A stretch of 64,000 nt of DNA, taken from contig CM075977.1 of assembly GCA_038087875.1 (NCBI GenBank), positions 224,936,001 through 225,000,000 of the forward strand. The letters run 5' to 3'. The notes under the pieces were generated by a model. It saw nothing but the letters and a program-made list of their open reading frames with translations. It made no database searches and was not told the DNA's origin. The stretch comes from Malacoraja senta. Taxonomy: Eukaryota. Both the position numbers and the translations under genes were made by a program. Shown here piece by piece: positions 1 through 12,594 of the stretch (positions are counted from its first letter, which is position 1; each line of letters opens with the position of its first letter).

Positions 1-293
1 ATTTGTACTAATTAATCTGTGGTAGCTGATTTTTCGTCCACATATTTCTTTCTGCAGCCTGATTACAGAGACCTTTTAAGATTACTGAGAGATTTATTCT
101 CAGTTTGAACAGAACATCAGACCTTTAAGAACCTTTAGCACTATTCACCTTCATAGCACCACACGAGTAATGCACTATCATCCAAAGTCAGTTAATACGT
201 TAAAAGTGGGCAACATCAGTTGTTGATCTTGCATAAATAGTGTTTGATCAAGGAAATATTTTTGAATATTATTTGCATTAATAAACCTCTTAC

Positions 294-438
294 TTTTCTT
301 CCTGTCAAGCCACTCTTCAAACTCTGAATACACCAACGGTATTGGTTCCCAGTGAGCACCAAACCGTCTTCGCAGGCGGGTCATCATCTGTCGATAGTTT
401 CTTACAACACTTGCTAGTGACTTTCCATGGCCTGAAGC
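294..438 (-). CDS. IQCM: IQCM-like gene, exon after the IQ motif (145 nt); gene continues beyond the window start
   Basis: Acceptor CTACAG|GCT (phase 0), donor AAAA|GTAAGA. Peptide ASGHGKSLASVVRNYRQMMTRLRRRFG...SEFEEWLDRKK parallels the recalled IQCM segment ALDHG...ELEEWMDRKK. Confidence 0.88.
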
Positions 439-466
439 CTGTAGTCAAAGAGATAAGCATTATAAT

Positions 467-570
467 ATATAGGAACGAACTGCAGATACTGGTTTATATC
501 AAAGATAGACACAAAATACTGGAGTAACTCGGGCTGTCCCGCTGAGTTACTCCAGCATTTTGTGTCTATC
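467..570. mobile_element. Short inverted-repeat remnant of the Penelope pseudo-LTR family (no hammerhead core left)
   Basis: AGATAGACACAAAATACTGGAGTAACTC...GAGTTACTCCAGCATTTTGTGTCTATCT palindrome; flanks TAAGCATTATAAT (454-466) and TAAGCATAATAAT (571-583). Confidence 0.7.
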
Positions 571-907
571 TAAGCATAATAATAATGTATGTATTAATAG
601 TTTCCATTTAACTACTGCACAACAAACAAGTTCGCTATCTACTCTGCTTGTTATATTCTCAAAAAACTCAAATAAATTGCTCAGTCATGATTTGCTTTTC
701 ATGAAGCCATGCTGACCAGGTTTGGTTATACAGTGTTTTTAGGAATTCACAGATAACTGCACATTTTTGAGTTATGTTATAAATAAAGAATCTCCCTTAG
801 CGAATTTATGTGGAACAAAAGTAAATAAATAAGCATAAAATGTATAGAAAGAACTGAACATTGTTTACCAAAGGCAATGATTGGAAGAATGCCACTTCAC
901 ATTGAGT

Positions 908-1077
908 AACGCAGCATCTCTGGAGAGAAGGAATGGGTGACTTTCCGGTCAAGACCCTTCGTCAGACTGAAACGTTACCCATTGCTTCTCTCCAGAGATG
1001 TTGCCTGTCCCGCTGAGTTACTACAGCATTTTGTCTCTACCTTCGATTTAAACCAGCATCTGCAGTTCTTTCCTACT
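908..1077. mobile_element. Penelope-derived mini-element (inverted pLTR pair) with degenerate hammerhead core on the minus strand
   Basis: Perfect 14-bp TSD ACTTCACATTGAGT at 894-907 and 1078-1091; minus strand reads CTGACGAAGGGTCTTGACCGGAAAGTC. Confidence 0.8.
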
Positions 1078-1234
1078 ACTTCACATTGAGTGGTCACGAA
1101 AGAGATTTGCTTTGGAAACGAACACCTATTGATATTTATTCAACAATATAACATCAAGCATATCTATTTCTAATTAATTAAAACGATAACCCTTTCTCTT
1201 CTGCCTATAATAGACAATAGACAATAGTCAATAG

Positions 1235-2280
1235 GTAGCAATGTTACAACATTTTGAGATTTAAAAAATCAAGTCTGCTATTTATCCCATCAGATAAAGC
1301 ATAAAAAGAAGTATAATTTGACACCTAAATCACTTTCATATCTTCAGTATTAAAAAAGTTATGGCCATTTTCATACTCGGAAATTAGCATCTTGTTCCCT
1401 ATTACTTTTTCCATTGACTTAACTCAAAAGCTGTGATCAAGGACAGTCAAAAGCCCATAACTTTCTTAAAAATTAAGAGAACTGAAAGAAATGTTCAGTT
1501 ATTATAGATTGAAGCATTCTGAAACAAATATGAAACAATCTTACTTGGATGACCTGAAATTAAAGCATATAATTAGTTAGTTACCTAATCGTAGCTAATT
1601 ACAAAATTCAATTACTAGATCTAAACATCTATCCATTTCTTAAGAAAAGGTTAACATTTTTAAATAGCCTAAGTGTCCAAATAACATTCACACAAGAATT
1701 CACAATATAACATGATTTTTAAATCTCATTGTCATGAATTTATATGCCAAATGGAAGGAATTTAGTGTTTAATTCCCGTAAATTAATGGCCATTTTAATC
1801 ATCTTGCGAGTGGGTTTTTGTGGAACAAGATCTTTTGGAACGTTGCATTTGCGGTGAATTTAAACCCCATATTGGCAGGAAAAATACTGCCGGTTCGTAT
1901 ATTTACATAATCACATTTTCGCAACGTGAAAGTTTGATTAAAGGCATCCTAAGATGCACGTTTATATGTAAAAATAACGGCTTTCCTTTAGTTGTCCCGT
2001 ACGTGAGATCCGTCCCGTTGTCGGCGTTCACGGCTTTAGAAGACGATTTTAATTTTACTCCTGCTATTAAATTATCCAGCGCTAATTTTAATAAACTTGA
2101 TATAACGGCAGTCGGAGCGATTTTTCTTCAGCAACTAAACAGCCTGACAAAGATCGATTTGAACAGGCTGGAGAAAAACAGCATTTTAAACCCGCCCCCC
2201 TCTCAAAGGCGCCAAAGTCGCGCACACGGCCAGTGACAGAACTGCAGCGCCGCTGAAGGTAAGTTTTGTAACATACCTAC
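1235..2280. mobile_element. Non-autonomous TIR DNA transposon (unclassified), inserted in a CR1 3' tail
   Basis: Terminal inverted repeats GTAGCAATGTTACAA / TTGTAACATACCTAC (13/15 match); AATAG duplicated at 1230-1234 and 2281-2285; the CR1 tail resumes on both sides. Confidence 0.8.
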
Positions 2281-3545
2281 AATAGGTGCACGAGTAGGCG
2301 ATATGGCCCTTCAATCCAGCACCATTCAATATGATCATGGCTGATCATCCACAATCAGTACCCCATTACTGCCTTCACCCCATATCCCCTGACTCCGCTA
2401 TCTTCAAGAGCCCTAACTAGCTCTTTCTTGAAAGTTTCCAGAGAACCGGCCCCCACCGCCCTCTGAGGCAGAGAATTCCACAGACTCACAACTCTCTGTG
2501 TGCAAAAGTATTTTCGTATCTCCGTTCTAAATGGCTTACCTCTTAATCTTAAACTGTGGCCCCTGGTTTTGGACTCCAACATCGGGAACATGTTTCTTCC
2601 TCTAGCGTGTCCAAACCCTTAATAATCTTATATGTTTCAATAAGATACCCTCTCATCCTTCCAAATTCCAGAGTATACAAGCCCAGCTGCTCCATTCTCT
2701 CAGCATATGACAGTCCCGCCATCCCAGGAATTAACCTTGTGAACCTACGCCGCACTCCCTCAATAGCAAGAATATCCTTCCTCAAATTTGGAGATCAAAA
2801 CTGCACACAATACTCCAGGTGTGGTCTCACTAGGGCTCTGTACAACTGCAGAAGGACCTCTCTGCTCCTATACTCAACTCCTCTTGTTATGAAGGCCAAC
2901 ATGCCATTCGCTTTCTTCACTGCCTGCTGTACTGCATGCTTACTTTCATTGACTGATGAAGAAGGACCCCCCAAATCCCGTTGTGCTTCCCCTTTTCCCA
3001 ACTTGATGCCAATTAGATAATAATCTTCCTTCCTATTTTTGCTATCAAAGTGGATAACCTCACATTTATCCACATTAAACTGCATCTGCCATCCATCTGC
3101 CCACTCACCCAAACTGTCCGTCACCCTGCATTCTCATAGCATCCTCCTCACAGTTCACACTGCCACCCAGCTTTGTGTCATCTGCAAATTTGCTAATGTT
3201 ACTTGCAATCCCTTCATCTAAATCATTAATATATATTGTAAATAGCTGCGCTCCCAGCACCGAGCCTTGCGGCACCCCACTAATCACTGCTTGCCATTCT
3301 CAAAGGGACTCGTTAATCCCTACTCTTTGTTTCCTGTCTGCCAACTAATTTTCTATCCATGTCAGCACTTTACCCCCAATACCATGTGCCCTAATTTTGC
3401 CCACTAATCTCCTATGTGGGACTTTATCAAATGCTTTCTGAAAGTCCAGGTACACTACATCCACTAGCTCTCCCTTGTCCATTTTACTAGTTACATCCTC
3501 AAGAAATTCCAGAAGATTAGTCAAGCATGATTTCCCCTTTGTAAA
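2281..3545 (-). mobile_element. CR1 (HER1-like) LINE, 5'-truncated RT/3' end
   Basis: Peptides [29 protein letters not shown]; (CTATTGT)n-type tail; frameshifted. Confidence 0.92.
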
Positions 3546-3570
3546 TAATACAATCAGAATTCCCTTGCCT

Positions 3571-4386
3571 GCTCGTTAAATGCCAGACATGCTTTAATAC
3601 AATTTAAAGTCTTACACAGATTACATTACTCCAAAATAAAACTAAATTGAATCTTCCCATAGAATCTCCTATCTGTGATAAATGCCTATATCTAGAGGCC
3701 AATTTAACACATACTTTTGCAAATTGTATAAAAATCAAAAATATCTGGATTGATATTTTTGAAATAATTTCTGAAGTTGTTAATACTAAATTGGATCCAG
3801 ACTCAAAATTAATAATACTTGGGATACCAGAACAAAGTTTAACACTCACAGCAAGCCAAAGAAACTTCCTTGGCTACAGTATAATAACTGGGAAAAAATT
3901 AATATTAAAATTTTGGAAAGGTCCTATACCCCCCACAATTAAAATGTGGATTGTGGAAATGTCGGAGACCCTACATCTAGAAAGAATTAGACTTGTCTTA
4001 ATGGACAAACAAGAACTTTTTGTTAAAATATGGGCTCCATTCATTAACTATTTGAAGGGATAGATGGGCCCAGCACGAAGACCCAACTGAAGCTTGAACT
4101 CAGGATTAGATGTTAAATTATATTTCATAACCTACGAACTTATCTCTAATGACGTATTATAAGTAACTCATTCCACCTCTTTTTTTTTCCCCGATATTTG
4201 TAATGCTTTTTTCTTTCTACCTCTCTTTTTCAATCTATATTAAAAAAAACCCACTAGAAGCAGAATTAATCGACAATTGACAATTTTAATAATGTATGAT
4301 TGATGTATATGAAAAGTTTTTCTTTCTATTATAATGTTACTATACTTTATAATATGTTTGCTTCTAATAAAAATATTTAAAAAAAA
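3571..4386 (+). mobile_element. 5'-truncated L1-clade LINE (ORF2 C-terminal CCHC region, 3' UTR, poly-A)
   Basis: IQFKVLHRLHYS..CDKC......LTHTFANC...ILKFWK...KIWAPF; AATAAA plus A-tail; 15-bp TSD AGAATTCCCTTGCCT at 3556-3570 and 4387-4401. Confidence 0.9.
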
Positions 4387-4784
4387 AGAATTCCCTTGCC
4401 TATAGATCACACGCCACTGAGGCATTGTTGAGAAAATAACTTCATGTGGGAACACATCTCCACTTTTAACAGGCGATTCAAAGGGGTAAAAGGGATTGCC
4501 TTATGGAAAATCAGAATATGTGTGATTTTCTATGCCCTGTAATAAAAAAAGCCAAAAGGCACATTTTGCCTAAAAAACACTACCATAAAAGCCGTACATG
4601 TAAAGTATAAATAGGCTTGTTTCTGTAATTGATCAAACTGATTCCCTGATTTTTAATCACTGTGGGGAAAAACAACCTTGGCTGTTGTTTCTGGTCCAAA
4701 GAAAGGAAGATAAAACTTGACTAGTTTCAACTACTGCTCATATTCATTGTAAAGGTGACAGTCAGTGAAAATCAACAACAAAAA

Positions 4785-4980
4785 ATGTAGATGCTCGAAA
4801 TCTGAAATGAAAATTAAAAAAAATTCTGGAAACACTCCCTTACAGAATTTATCAAGCACCATTTGTGGAAACAAAACAGGAGAAACAAAGGATAAGGTCA
4901 TCAACCTGAAATATTAACTCAATTTCTCTTCACACAGATGCTGCCTGACCAGGTGAATATTTCAAGCATTTTCTATTTTC
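4785..4980. mobile_element. Older diverged Penelope-pLTR-like inverted repeat
   Basis: AGATGCTCGAAATCTGAAA...CTGAAATATTAACTC...CAGATGCTGCCTGACC...AGCATTTTCT, related to the younger pLTR family. Confidence 0.5.
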
Positions 4981-7433
4981 TACTTTTATCTCAAAGGCAG
5001 GGAATGTTCACTGAGCTCTACTTCAACATTCCAGTCCAGGAGAATTTATTTCAAATATTTCAAGAAATTAATCTGCTCATTTTTTAGTGGTAGTTTCATT
5101 CTGCCTTCTGTTTTAAAAAGATCTCCCCAAAATGAGACGACCAGTAATGCAATATGTGAAATTCCCTTGCACAGGAATATTTAATCTCATTCATCATAAA
5201 TTGACAGTTCCAGTTTACTTATGGAACAACCAGGCTTTTCTAACCATACTTCCCTGAAACAATGTTCCGCAAAACACACAAACTATGTTTTTCTTTGACC
5301 CCAAAATATCAGTGTCCAACTATGACCACAAATATAGCCCCATATGTGCCATGACTCCTTTGCTGTGGAGGTTCACTCTCATCTTTCCAGCCTCAGGGTC
5401 ATTCCAGGATGTTGCTGCAGAACTCTGCCACATCTCAGTTCCCTGCCCAACACTGCGTACTCTAACTCCATACTCAAGGTGAGAAGACTTCAGGAGCAGT
5501 CAGCACTGCCAAAGGCATTTATCTGCTCTGCAGGCTACCCTAAAGCAGAACTATTATTTTTGATTTATTTACATACAGAGACCTCCCTGGTAACTTCCTG
5601 AGAGAAGTTCCTGCAGGGTAGTCTCACACTATAGCCCTGAAAGGCCTTTGCAGTCTAACTGCAAAAAGGAAACACTGTCTATTGGCAATATTCATTCTCA
5701 GTCAATCCTAGTCTTCTTGGAACACAACACTCACCCGCCTCCCTCCCATCAGTGCCACACTAATTTATTCAATAAGAACATTCACTTAAACTGGAAGAGT
5801 GTGGAGTATTCATTTGATATCCAACTGCAAAGATTGAAAACATGCAATGCATTCATGGGGAAAGCATATAATGAAATTAATATGCTCATTTCAGTGTGGC
5901 AATATGCAGGGGAACCAGAATATGCTTTTCTGTAATACTTATAGTTACTCACTCTTTAGCTCAATTTCAGTGTTATAGTGAACAAGACCACGTACAAAAG
6001 TACAAAACAAAAGGTATGCAACAATTTCTAGTCCAGAACTCTCAAATTCAATGACACTAAGGCTCCAGTCCACAAAACCACAGAAGAATATATTGGCAAG
6101 GTCCATGTAAAAAGATTTTAATTTGTCTTGCAAATAGGCGCATTTGAAAACTAATTAGAGTCACTCAGTCGGTGTAAAAGGACTGTAAAACTGAAGGCAA
6201 AATATGCTACCATGACGCACAAAAACAACTTTAGCAATGATTTGAGTATTATAAAGAATTCATTCAAAGGGTACTTGAGGCTTAGCGACCATTCTTCAGG
6301 TTCCAATAACACACGAGCTGCACCAATCACCAATAATGTGGAAAACCCTATCAAAGAAATTAATAAAACCCAATGACCAGAAAACAACAAAACTACGATA
6401 GTCAATTAGAAGAAAGCTTATGAGAATCTTATGCACATTTCCTGTGATGACCCAAAAATCCATGATCTAAAGGACGCAAACTCATTTATTCCAAACAAAT
6501 GAACTGGGACAGAAAAGACTGCAAAAGTACTGCAGGTGATATTTCTGTTCAGCTGGTAAATAACTTGTAAAAAGACAGGACAGGCAGGTTGATTTTGGCA
6601 TAATGTTCTGCACAGACATCGTGGGCTGAAGGGCTTGTTGCTGTGCTGTATTAGTCTCCTTCATTCCTGGACATTCAAGTTGCATAAACAGGCTGTGATG
6701 CAACTGGTTGGCATGCTCTTCACATAGATAAAGAAAGGTTTCTGAATCCCCGGCCTTCTCTTCCTGAAGTCAAGACTCATCTAGCCTTAAAAGCGTTGGA
6801 ATCACAGCAGTTAAATATCTTGTGCAGATTTACCTCAAGCTATACTCTTGACATTGCACATAGGCCTTTTAGAGAGTACTCTTTTGAATTTTGTTTCTTG
6901 TTAAACTGTCTCTTTAGAGTCATCAATTTTTACGGTTGAGGTTTATGGAGTTGATTGTCAGAGGTTTTGCATTTGCCAGCGAAGAGCAATTTTATTGCTT
7001 CTTGAACTGCTTCCAAGACTTAAATACCCATTTATATCATGGTAACTAGTACAATATGAGGTTCTCCTCCAGTAACAACTTGACCGGGATACTGCACAAA
7101 GTTATCATAACCTCTGTAGATGTCAACACAATTTATTTTGGCAGTGACACAATAAGCCATTGTGGTGGAGCAGGGAATGAAACCTATACTAAGTTCCCTG
7201 TTTGCAAAGGGGAAGATTTTACAGCATTGATGTAACTGATCCTGTATTTGGGTGGTCATATATTGAATTTGAATAATATGCTTTGAATAGATTTTAAATA
7301 TCCAATCCCCAGCTATTTAAATAAATTAAACTTCATTAAATGACCAAGGCAAACATATCTTTTGAACGTGAAGTGGAGAGTACAGAAACTGGTGTGCATT
7401 GTGGCACGTTATGAACATAAAACATATGGCAAG

Positions 7434-7578
7434 TGTAATGTATTCATACATATTCATGTGTATGTTAATAAGTTGCCATTCAATATAAGCAGGGAATGCT
7501 GGGTAATAAACCTCTCTCTCATGATCCAGGCAACTAGTATGTAAGTCTTGTTCTTCATTCTGCCGTCTGAATATAACA
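7434..7578 (+). repeat. Gypsy 5' LTR (145 bp)
   Basis: TGTAATG...TATAACA; about 90% identical to 12424-12569 by manual count (13 substitutions, 1 indel). Confidence 0.95.
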
Positions 7579-7582
7579 AAAT

Positions 7583-7600
7583 TGGCGACGAGGATGGGAT
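7583..7600 (+). promoter_or_regulatory. Primer-binding site complementary to the tRNA-Ser(GCU) 3' end
   Basis: TGGCGACGAGGATGGGAT is the reverse complement of ...ATCCCATCCTCGTCG-CCA, the 3' end of vertebrate tRNA-Ser(GCT) as recalled. Confidence 0.85.
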
Positions 7601-9318
7601 AGAGTTTGTGAACTCATCATTTAAATACAGTGCAGTACTATTTTGCAACATGCAGTATTGTTTAATATTTTAAACAGCAAGTACGGAGCTGTGTAGCAGT
7701 TGTTTGCGAACTGGACATGATAGGCTGCAGATCCTTCTATGCATGGGACTGTACTTTAAAACAGCAGCTGTACAAAGCGTCGAGGTTTTGTCAGGCTATC
7801 TCTATATTGTGTCTACATGGCAAGATGGCGTCCTTGGGATTGTATAGGATTTTAGACCGAGTTCTTTTTTGTCGAGGTCCTCAAGCTGGTATAACCTTTG
7901 TACAGATAAGTTTTAGGTGCATTGTTACACCAGAACAGACAGGAAATCGGGGTTTTTGAACGGACAAAAAAAAAAGAGAACAGTGTCCACGGACTACATC
8001 GGAAACCTTGGTACTTTCGACAAGAGTAGAGAGCCATTCAGCTCCTATATGGAGAGAGCGAACATGTTTTTCACAGCAAACAATATAATGGAGATTAGCA
8101 GTGAAGGAGAGGTAGTGACCGAAACAAATAAGGCAGTTTGCGAACGCATGAAAGCGATTCTGCTCACGGAGATCGGTCCTGAAGTGTACGGCACACTCGT
8201 GAATCTCCTTGCGCCCATGAAGGGAAAAGACATGCCATTCAATGACATTCTGAAGAAGTTGGAAGCACTTCAAACCAAAGCCTCTGGAAATTGCAGAAAT
8301 TCACCACTAGAAACCAGATGCAGAATGAGACAATCAATGAGTACATTGTTGCCTTGAAAAACTTCACTTTGCAATGTAACTTTGGAACCTTTCTCGGAAG
8401 CGCACTATGCAACAGATTTGTTTGTGGTCTAGTGGATGAACAGTCCAAACTCATGAACACTCCAGATCTTATATTCGAGAAAGCATGCAAGATTGCTACC
8501 ACAATGGAGATGGCATTAAAGAATGCTCGCGAGCTTCGTCCACCAAAGAATGCAGTGGCCGTTTACAGTCACAAGGCAGTGTCTATGGCCAAACGAAGAG
8601 GCGCTAAATGAAAACGAAAGTATGGCGGGGAACCGAGTTTAGCCAGTTGTTATTGTTGCAGCGATAATCACTCATCCCAATTTTGTCAGTTCAAAATGGC
8701 CAAGTGCTATAACTGCCAGAAGAAGGGTCATATCGCCTCAGCATGTCAGGCCAAGCTTAAAATTGGAAACCAACAACCTGCGGGAAACAAGCGACAACAC
8801 CAGAAAGGCGTTCACAACTTGGAGATGAACCCAGATGGAAATGAACTTGGGTTGTACACCATTTATGCAACCAACATCGATAAGCCTACAACCAGCCAAG
8901 GCAAGGAATTTCGAACTAAACTATTGATTAATGAACAGTTAATCGATATGTGTATTGGCACGGCAGCAGATTGTTCAGTCATGAGCAGAAACCTGTATGA
9001 AACAAAGTTCCTACAGACAACATTGTTTGAGAGTAAGGTCAAGCTGAGAACCTACTCGGGCGAAGTTTTAGAGACATGCAGACAAATGAACAATAAAGTT
9101 CAGTATAAGGGTCAGTCAGGAACACTGCCCATCATAGTGGCCAGCTACAGAAATAAACCAACCCTCCTTGGAAAGGATTGGCTGAGTAGAATAGAGTTAG
9201 ACTGGAAGAACATTTTCAGCGTTGATTTGTCCAAATCACCTTTTGCATGCAGAAATATGCAGAAATATTTGCCGAAAGTTACACGGGAATAACAGAATAC
9301 TCTGCACACATTCGACTT

Positions 9319-9598
9319 TTATTTAAGAATAAGGGATAAGCCATTTAGAACGGAGATGAGGAAACACGTTTTCACACAGTTGTGAGTGTGGAATTCTCTG
9401 CCTCAGAGGGCGGTGGAGGCCGGTTCTCTGGATACTTTCAAGAGAGAGCTAGATAGGGCTCTTGAAGATAGCTGAGTCAGGGGATATGGGGAGAAGGCAG
9501 GAACGGGGTACTGATTGTGGATGATCAGCCATGATCACATTGAATGGCTGTGCTGGCTCGAAGGGCCGAATGGCCTACTCCTGCACCTATTGTCTATT
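9319..9598 (+). mobile_element. CR1 3' fragment inserted in the Gypsy pol
   Basis: CR1 3' end sequence; GACTT duplicated at 9314-9318 and 9599-9603; removing it restores pol ...HIRLKQDVKP... Confidence 0.9.
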
Positions 9599-12423
9599 GA
9601 CTTAAGCAAGATGTGAAACCTGTGTATTGTCGACCAAGACCTGCACTAAAGCAACAAGTGGAGGAAGAACTTGACAGGTTAGAGCGGAATGGAGTACCCC
9701 TGAAAAAAGATCAGAGTAACTGGGCAACGCCATTGTTGCCATACCCAAGGTCGACAAAACTGTTCGACTACAAAGTCACAATCAACCAAGCCGTGACAAC
9801 GAACAATATCTGTTACCAACCTCCCAGGATCTGTACGCAGAACTTAGCGGTACAAGAGTCTTCACTAAACTGGATTTGTCTCACGCTTACGCCCAACTCA
9901 ATGTCGACAAGGAAAATTAGCGATACTTGACTATCAACACACATAAGGGATTGTATTCATATACAAAGCTGCCCTATGTTGTGAAATCCTCCCCGAAAAT
10001 CTTCCAGTCTGTCATGGAGAAAATGTTACAAGGCATTCCGCACTGTGTGTGCAACCAGGATGACCTACTGATATTCACAGAGGGCATGGTAGAACATCTG
10101 GAAATCCTCGGGCAAGTTCTCACATGACTGAACTGCCACAATGTCAAACTGCGACAAAGTAAATGTGCATTTGCGCAGTCAGAGGTGGTCTACCTTGGAT
10201 TTAAAGTAGATGCCAACGGACTTCGCCCTGTGAAGGCGAAAGTTGAAGCAATAGTGAATGCTCCAAAACCCCAAAATGTGTCAGAGCTACAATCATTCCT
10301 TGGGATGGTGCAGTTCTATGCATGATTCTTTCCAGAGTTAGCAACAGTGCTAAATCCACTCCATCATCTGCTACACAAAGATGTGAAATGGACATGCGGA
10401 AAGGAACAGCAACGTGCAAATGACAACTGCAAAGAAAACTGGACAAGTGACAAACTCCTTGTTCACTACGACACGACACGCGAGTGCTTGTGATGCTTCA
10501 AGTTATGGTGTAGGTGCAGTGATCTCCCACGTAATGAGTGACGGGCAGGAAAAGCCTATTGCTTTTGCATTCCGCACCCTATCACCGAGTGAGTGTATTA
10601 TGCACAGATAGAAAAGGAAGCACTCAGCATCGTGTTCAGAATCAAGAAATTCCACCAGTTTCATCTCGGCAGACCATTCATCTCAGTGACTGGTCATAAG
10701 CCACTACTAGTGATACTTGGTCCCAAGTCAGCTATACCTTCCACGGTGGCATCAAAGATGCAGTGCTGGGCAATTCTGCTGTCCCAGTATGACTACAAAG
10801 TTGAGTACATAAGCTCCAAGTACAACGCAGTTGCAGATGCGTTGTCCCGTTTCCCCCATGGGAACTCTGACGTGGGAAGTAAGAACTCAATCTACACACT
10901 GCAAGTTGCAGATAAAGATTTTCCAGTGACTGCAATAGAAATTGCAGCAGAAACAGAGAAAGACACTGTGCTGAAGAGGGTCTATGAACAGACATTAAAC
11001 GGTTGGACTGAAATCGATAGTGGATTGAACTCAGTTCTGAACTCAGAGCTGAAGCCTTTCCATAATCGACGCCATGAATTATCATGTGAGCAGGGATGCA
11101 TTAAGTGGGGTTACAGAGTGGTTGTACCAGAGTCTTTGAAACACAAAATTATGAATGAACTTCATGCCAAACATCCTGGCATAGTAAGCATGAAGTCAAT
11201 TGCCAGAAATTTCATGTATTGGCCTGGTATTGACAGTGACATCGAGTCACTGGTGAGCAAATGTAGCGTCTGCCAAAATTGCCACAGTAAACCACCAAAA
11301 ACACCACTGCCACCCTGGTCATGGCCAAGTAGACCTTTTCAGAGAGTTCATGAAGATTTTTGTGAAAAGGGCAATGATCACTTTCTGGTACTAGTAGATA
11401 GTCATTCCAAATGGATTGAGGTTAAGCATATGGGGTCAAGCACTACTACTGAATGTACCATAGATGAGTTGAGATCAATTTTTGCATGGCATGGTTTACC
11501 GAAAGAACTTGTTTCTGATAACGAGCCTCAGTTTCGTTCAGAACCGTTCACTGAGTTCATGCAGCGGAATGGTGTAAAACACACACTTGTTCCCCCATAC
11601 CATCCAGCCTCCAACAGGAAAGGTCTGTTAGAGTTGTCAAAGATGCTCTCAAGAAACAGGTTTTGCAGGTTAGTTCAAAGCTCAGCATGAAACATCGTTT
11701 GGCTAGTTTCTTTTTGAAGTACAGAACCACACAACACTCTACACACCTGCAGAACTGTTGATGAAGAGAGGCTAAGAATACGCCTAAGTCTAGTTCAACC
11801 CAATTTGACCTTGAGAGTTGAGCAAAAACAGTTGTCAAAAACGCCATTTTGACTCCCATAAAAAGGAGAGGAACTTCAAGCCAGATGAGCAAGTTTGTGT
11901 TCTCAGTCCTCCGAACAAGTCCAGTCGAGACAAATGGGATGTTGGGAAAATAGTAGAAGTGTGTGGAACAAAAGGATACTTAGTTAAAGTTGGAGATAGG
12001 ATCAAAATTGTTCATGTTGATCAAATGATTCTAGCCAAAGATGAACCAAAAACTGAGCATGAAATCCTAATCCCTGAGTTTTTATCTGAAAGTGAGTTGG
12101 AAGAGACCACTATGATTGAAACACAGAGTTCAGTTAGTACAGGCAAAGAAACAGATTCCTCCGGTCAAAGTTAGGGTACTAAAACAGAGCCAAACAAGCC
12201 TACAGTTGAGTCAACACCTAAACCTGTTACACCTGTTACTGTTAGACGATCAGGCAGGATCCGTAAACCAGAAGTCAGGTTAGGTTTGTAAGTTAAATAA
12301 CTCACTGCAGAAGTAAAACAAAAATGTGTAGATATGTAAAATAAATACTGGTTTAAATCAAGTATCACAACAACAAAATTGTAACCGCGTACTTAGATTT
12401 AATACTTAAAAAAAGGAGAGCAG

Positions 12424-12569
12424 TGTAATGTATTCATACATATTCATGTGTATGTTAAAAAGTTGGTGTTCAATATAAGCAGGGAATGCTGGGTAATAAA
12501 CCTCTCTCTCGTGATCCAGGCGACAAGTGCGTAGGGCTTGTTCTTCATTCCGCCGTCCGGAATATAACA
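12424..12569 (+). repeat. Gypsy 3' LTR, preceded by polypurine tract (12408-12420)
   Basis: Direct repeat of 7434-7578; AAAAAAAGGAGAG upstream; followed by GCAAG TSD. Confidence 0.95.
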
Positions 12570-12594
12570 GCAAGTATTCCCTGAGAAGCTAAAA

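Larger units (their letters stand above)
7434..12569 (+). mobile_element. Full-length but decayed Ty3/Gypsy LTR retrotransposon
   Basis: TG...CA LTRs at 7434-7578 and 12424-12569; 5-bp TSD GCAAG; PBS and PPT. Gag zinc knuckle CYNCQKKGHIASAC, protease-like IGTAADCSVM, RT NQDDLLI, RNase H CDASSYGVGAVISH, integrase HPG...CSVC/DFC/DNEPQF, in PR-RT-RH-IN order. Many frameshifts. Confidence 0.96.

Noticed and set aside
1820-2236. 138-aa ORF within the TIR element as a transposase
   Set aside because: Starts at GTG, is short and has no DDE or DNA-binding motifs.
5945-7260. Non-repetitive stretch with hydrophobic or coding-looking short ORFs on the minus strand
   Set aside because: Frequent stops, no recognisable motif, and the flanking IQCM exons already join in phase without it; it could be an ancient relic but I cannot support a call.
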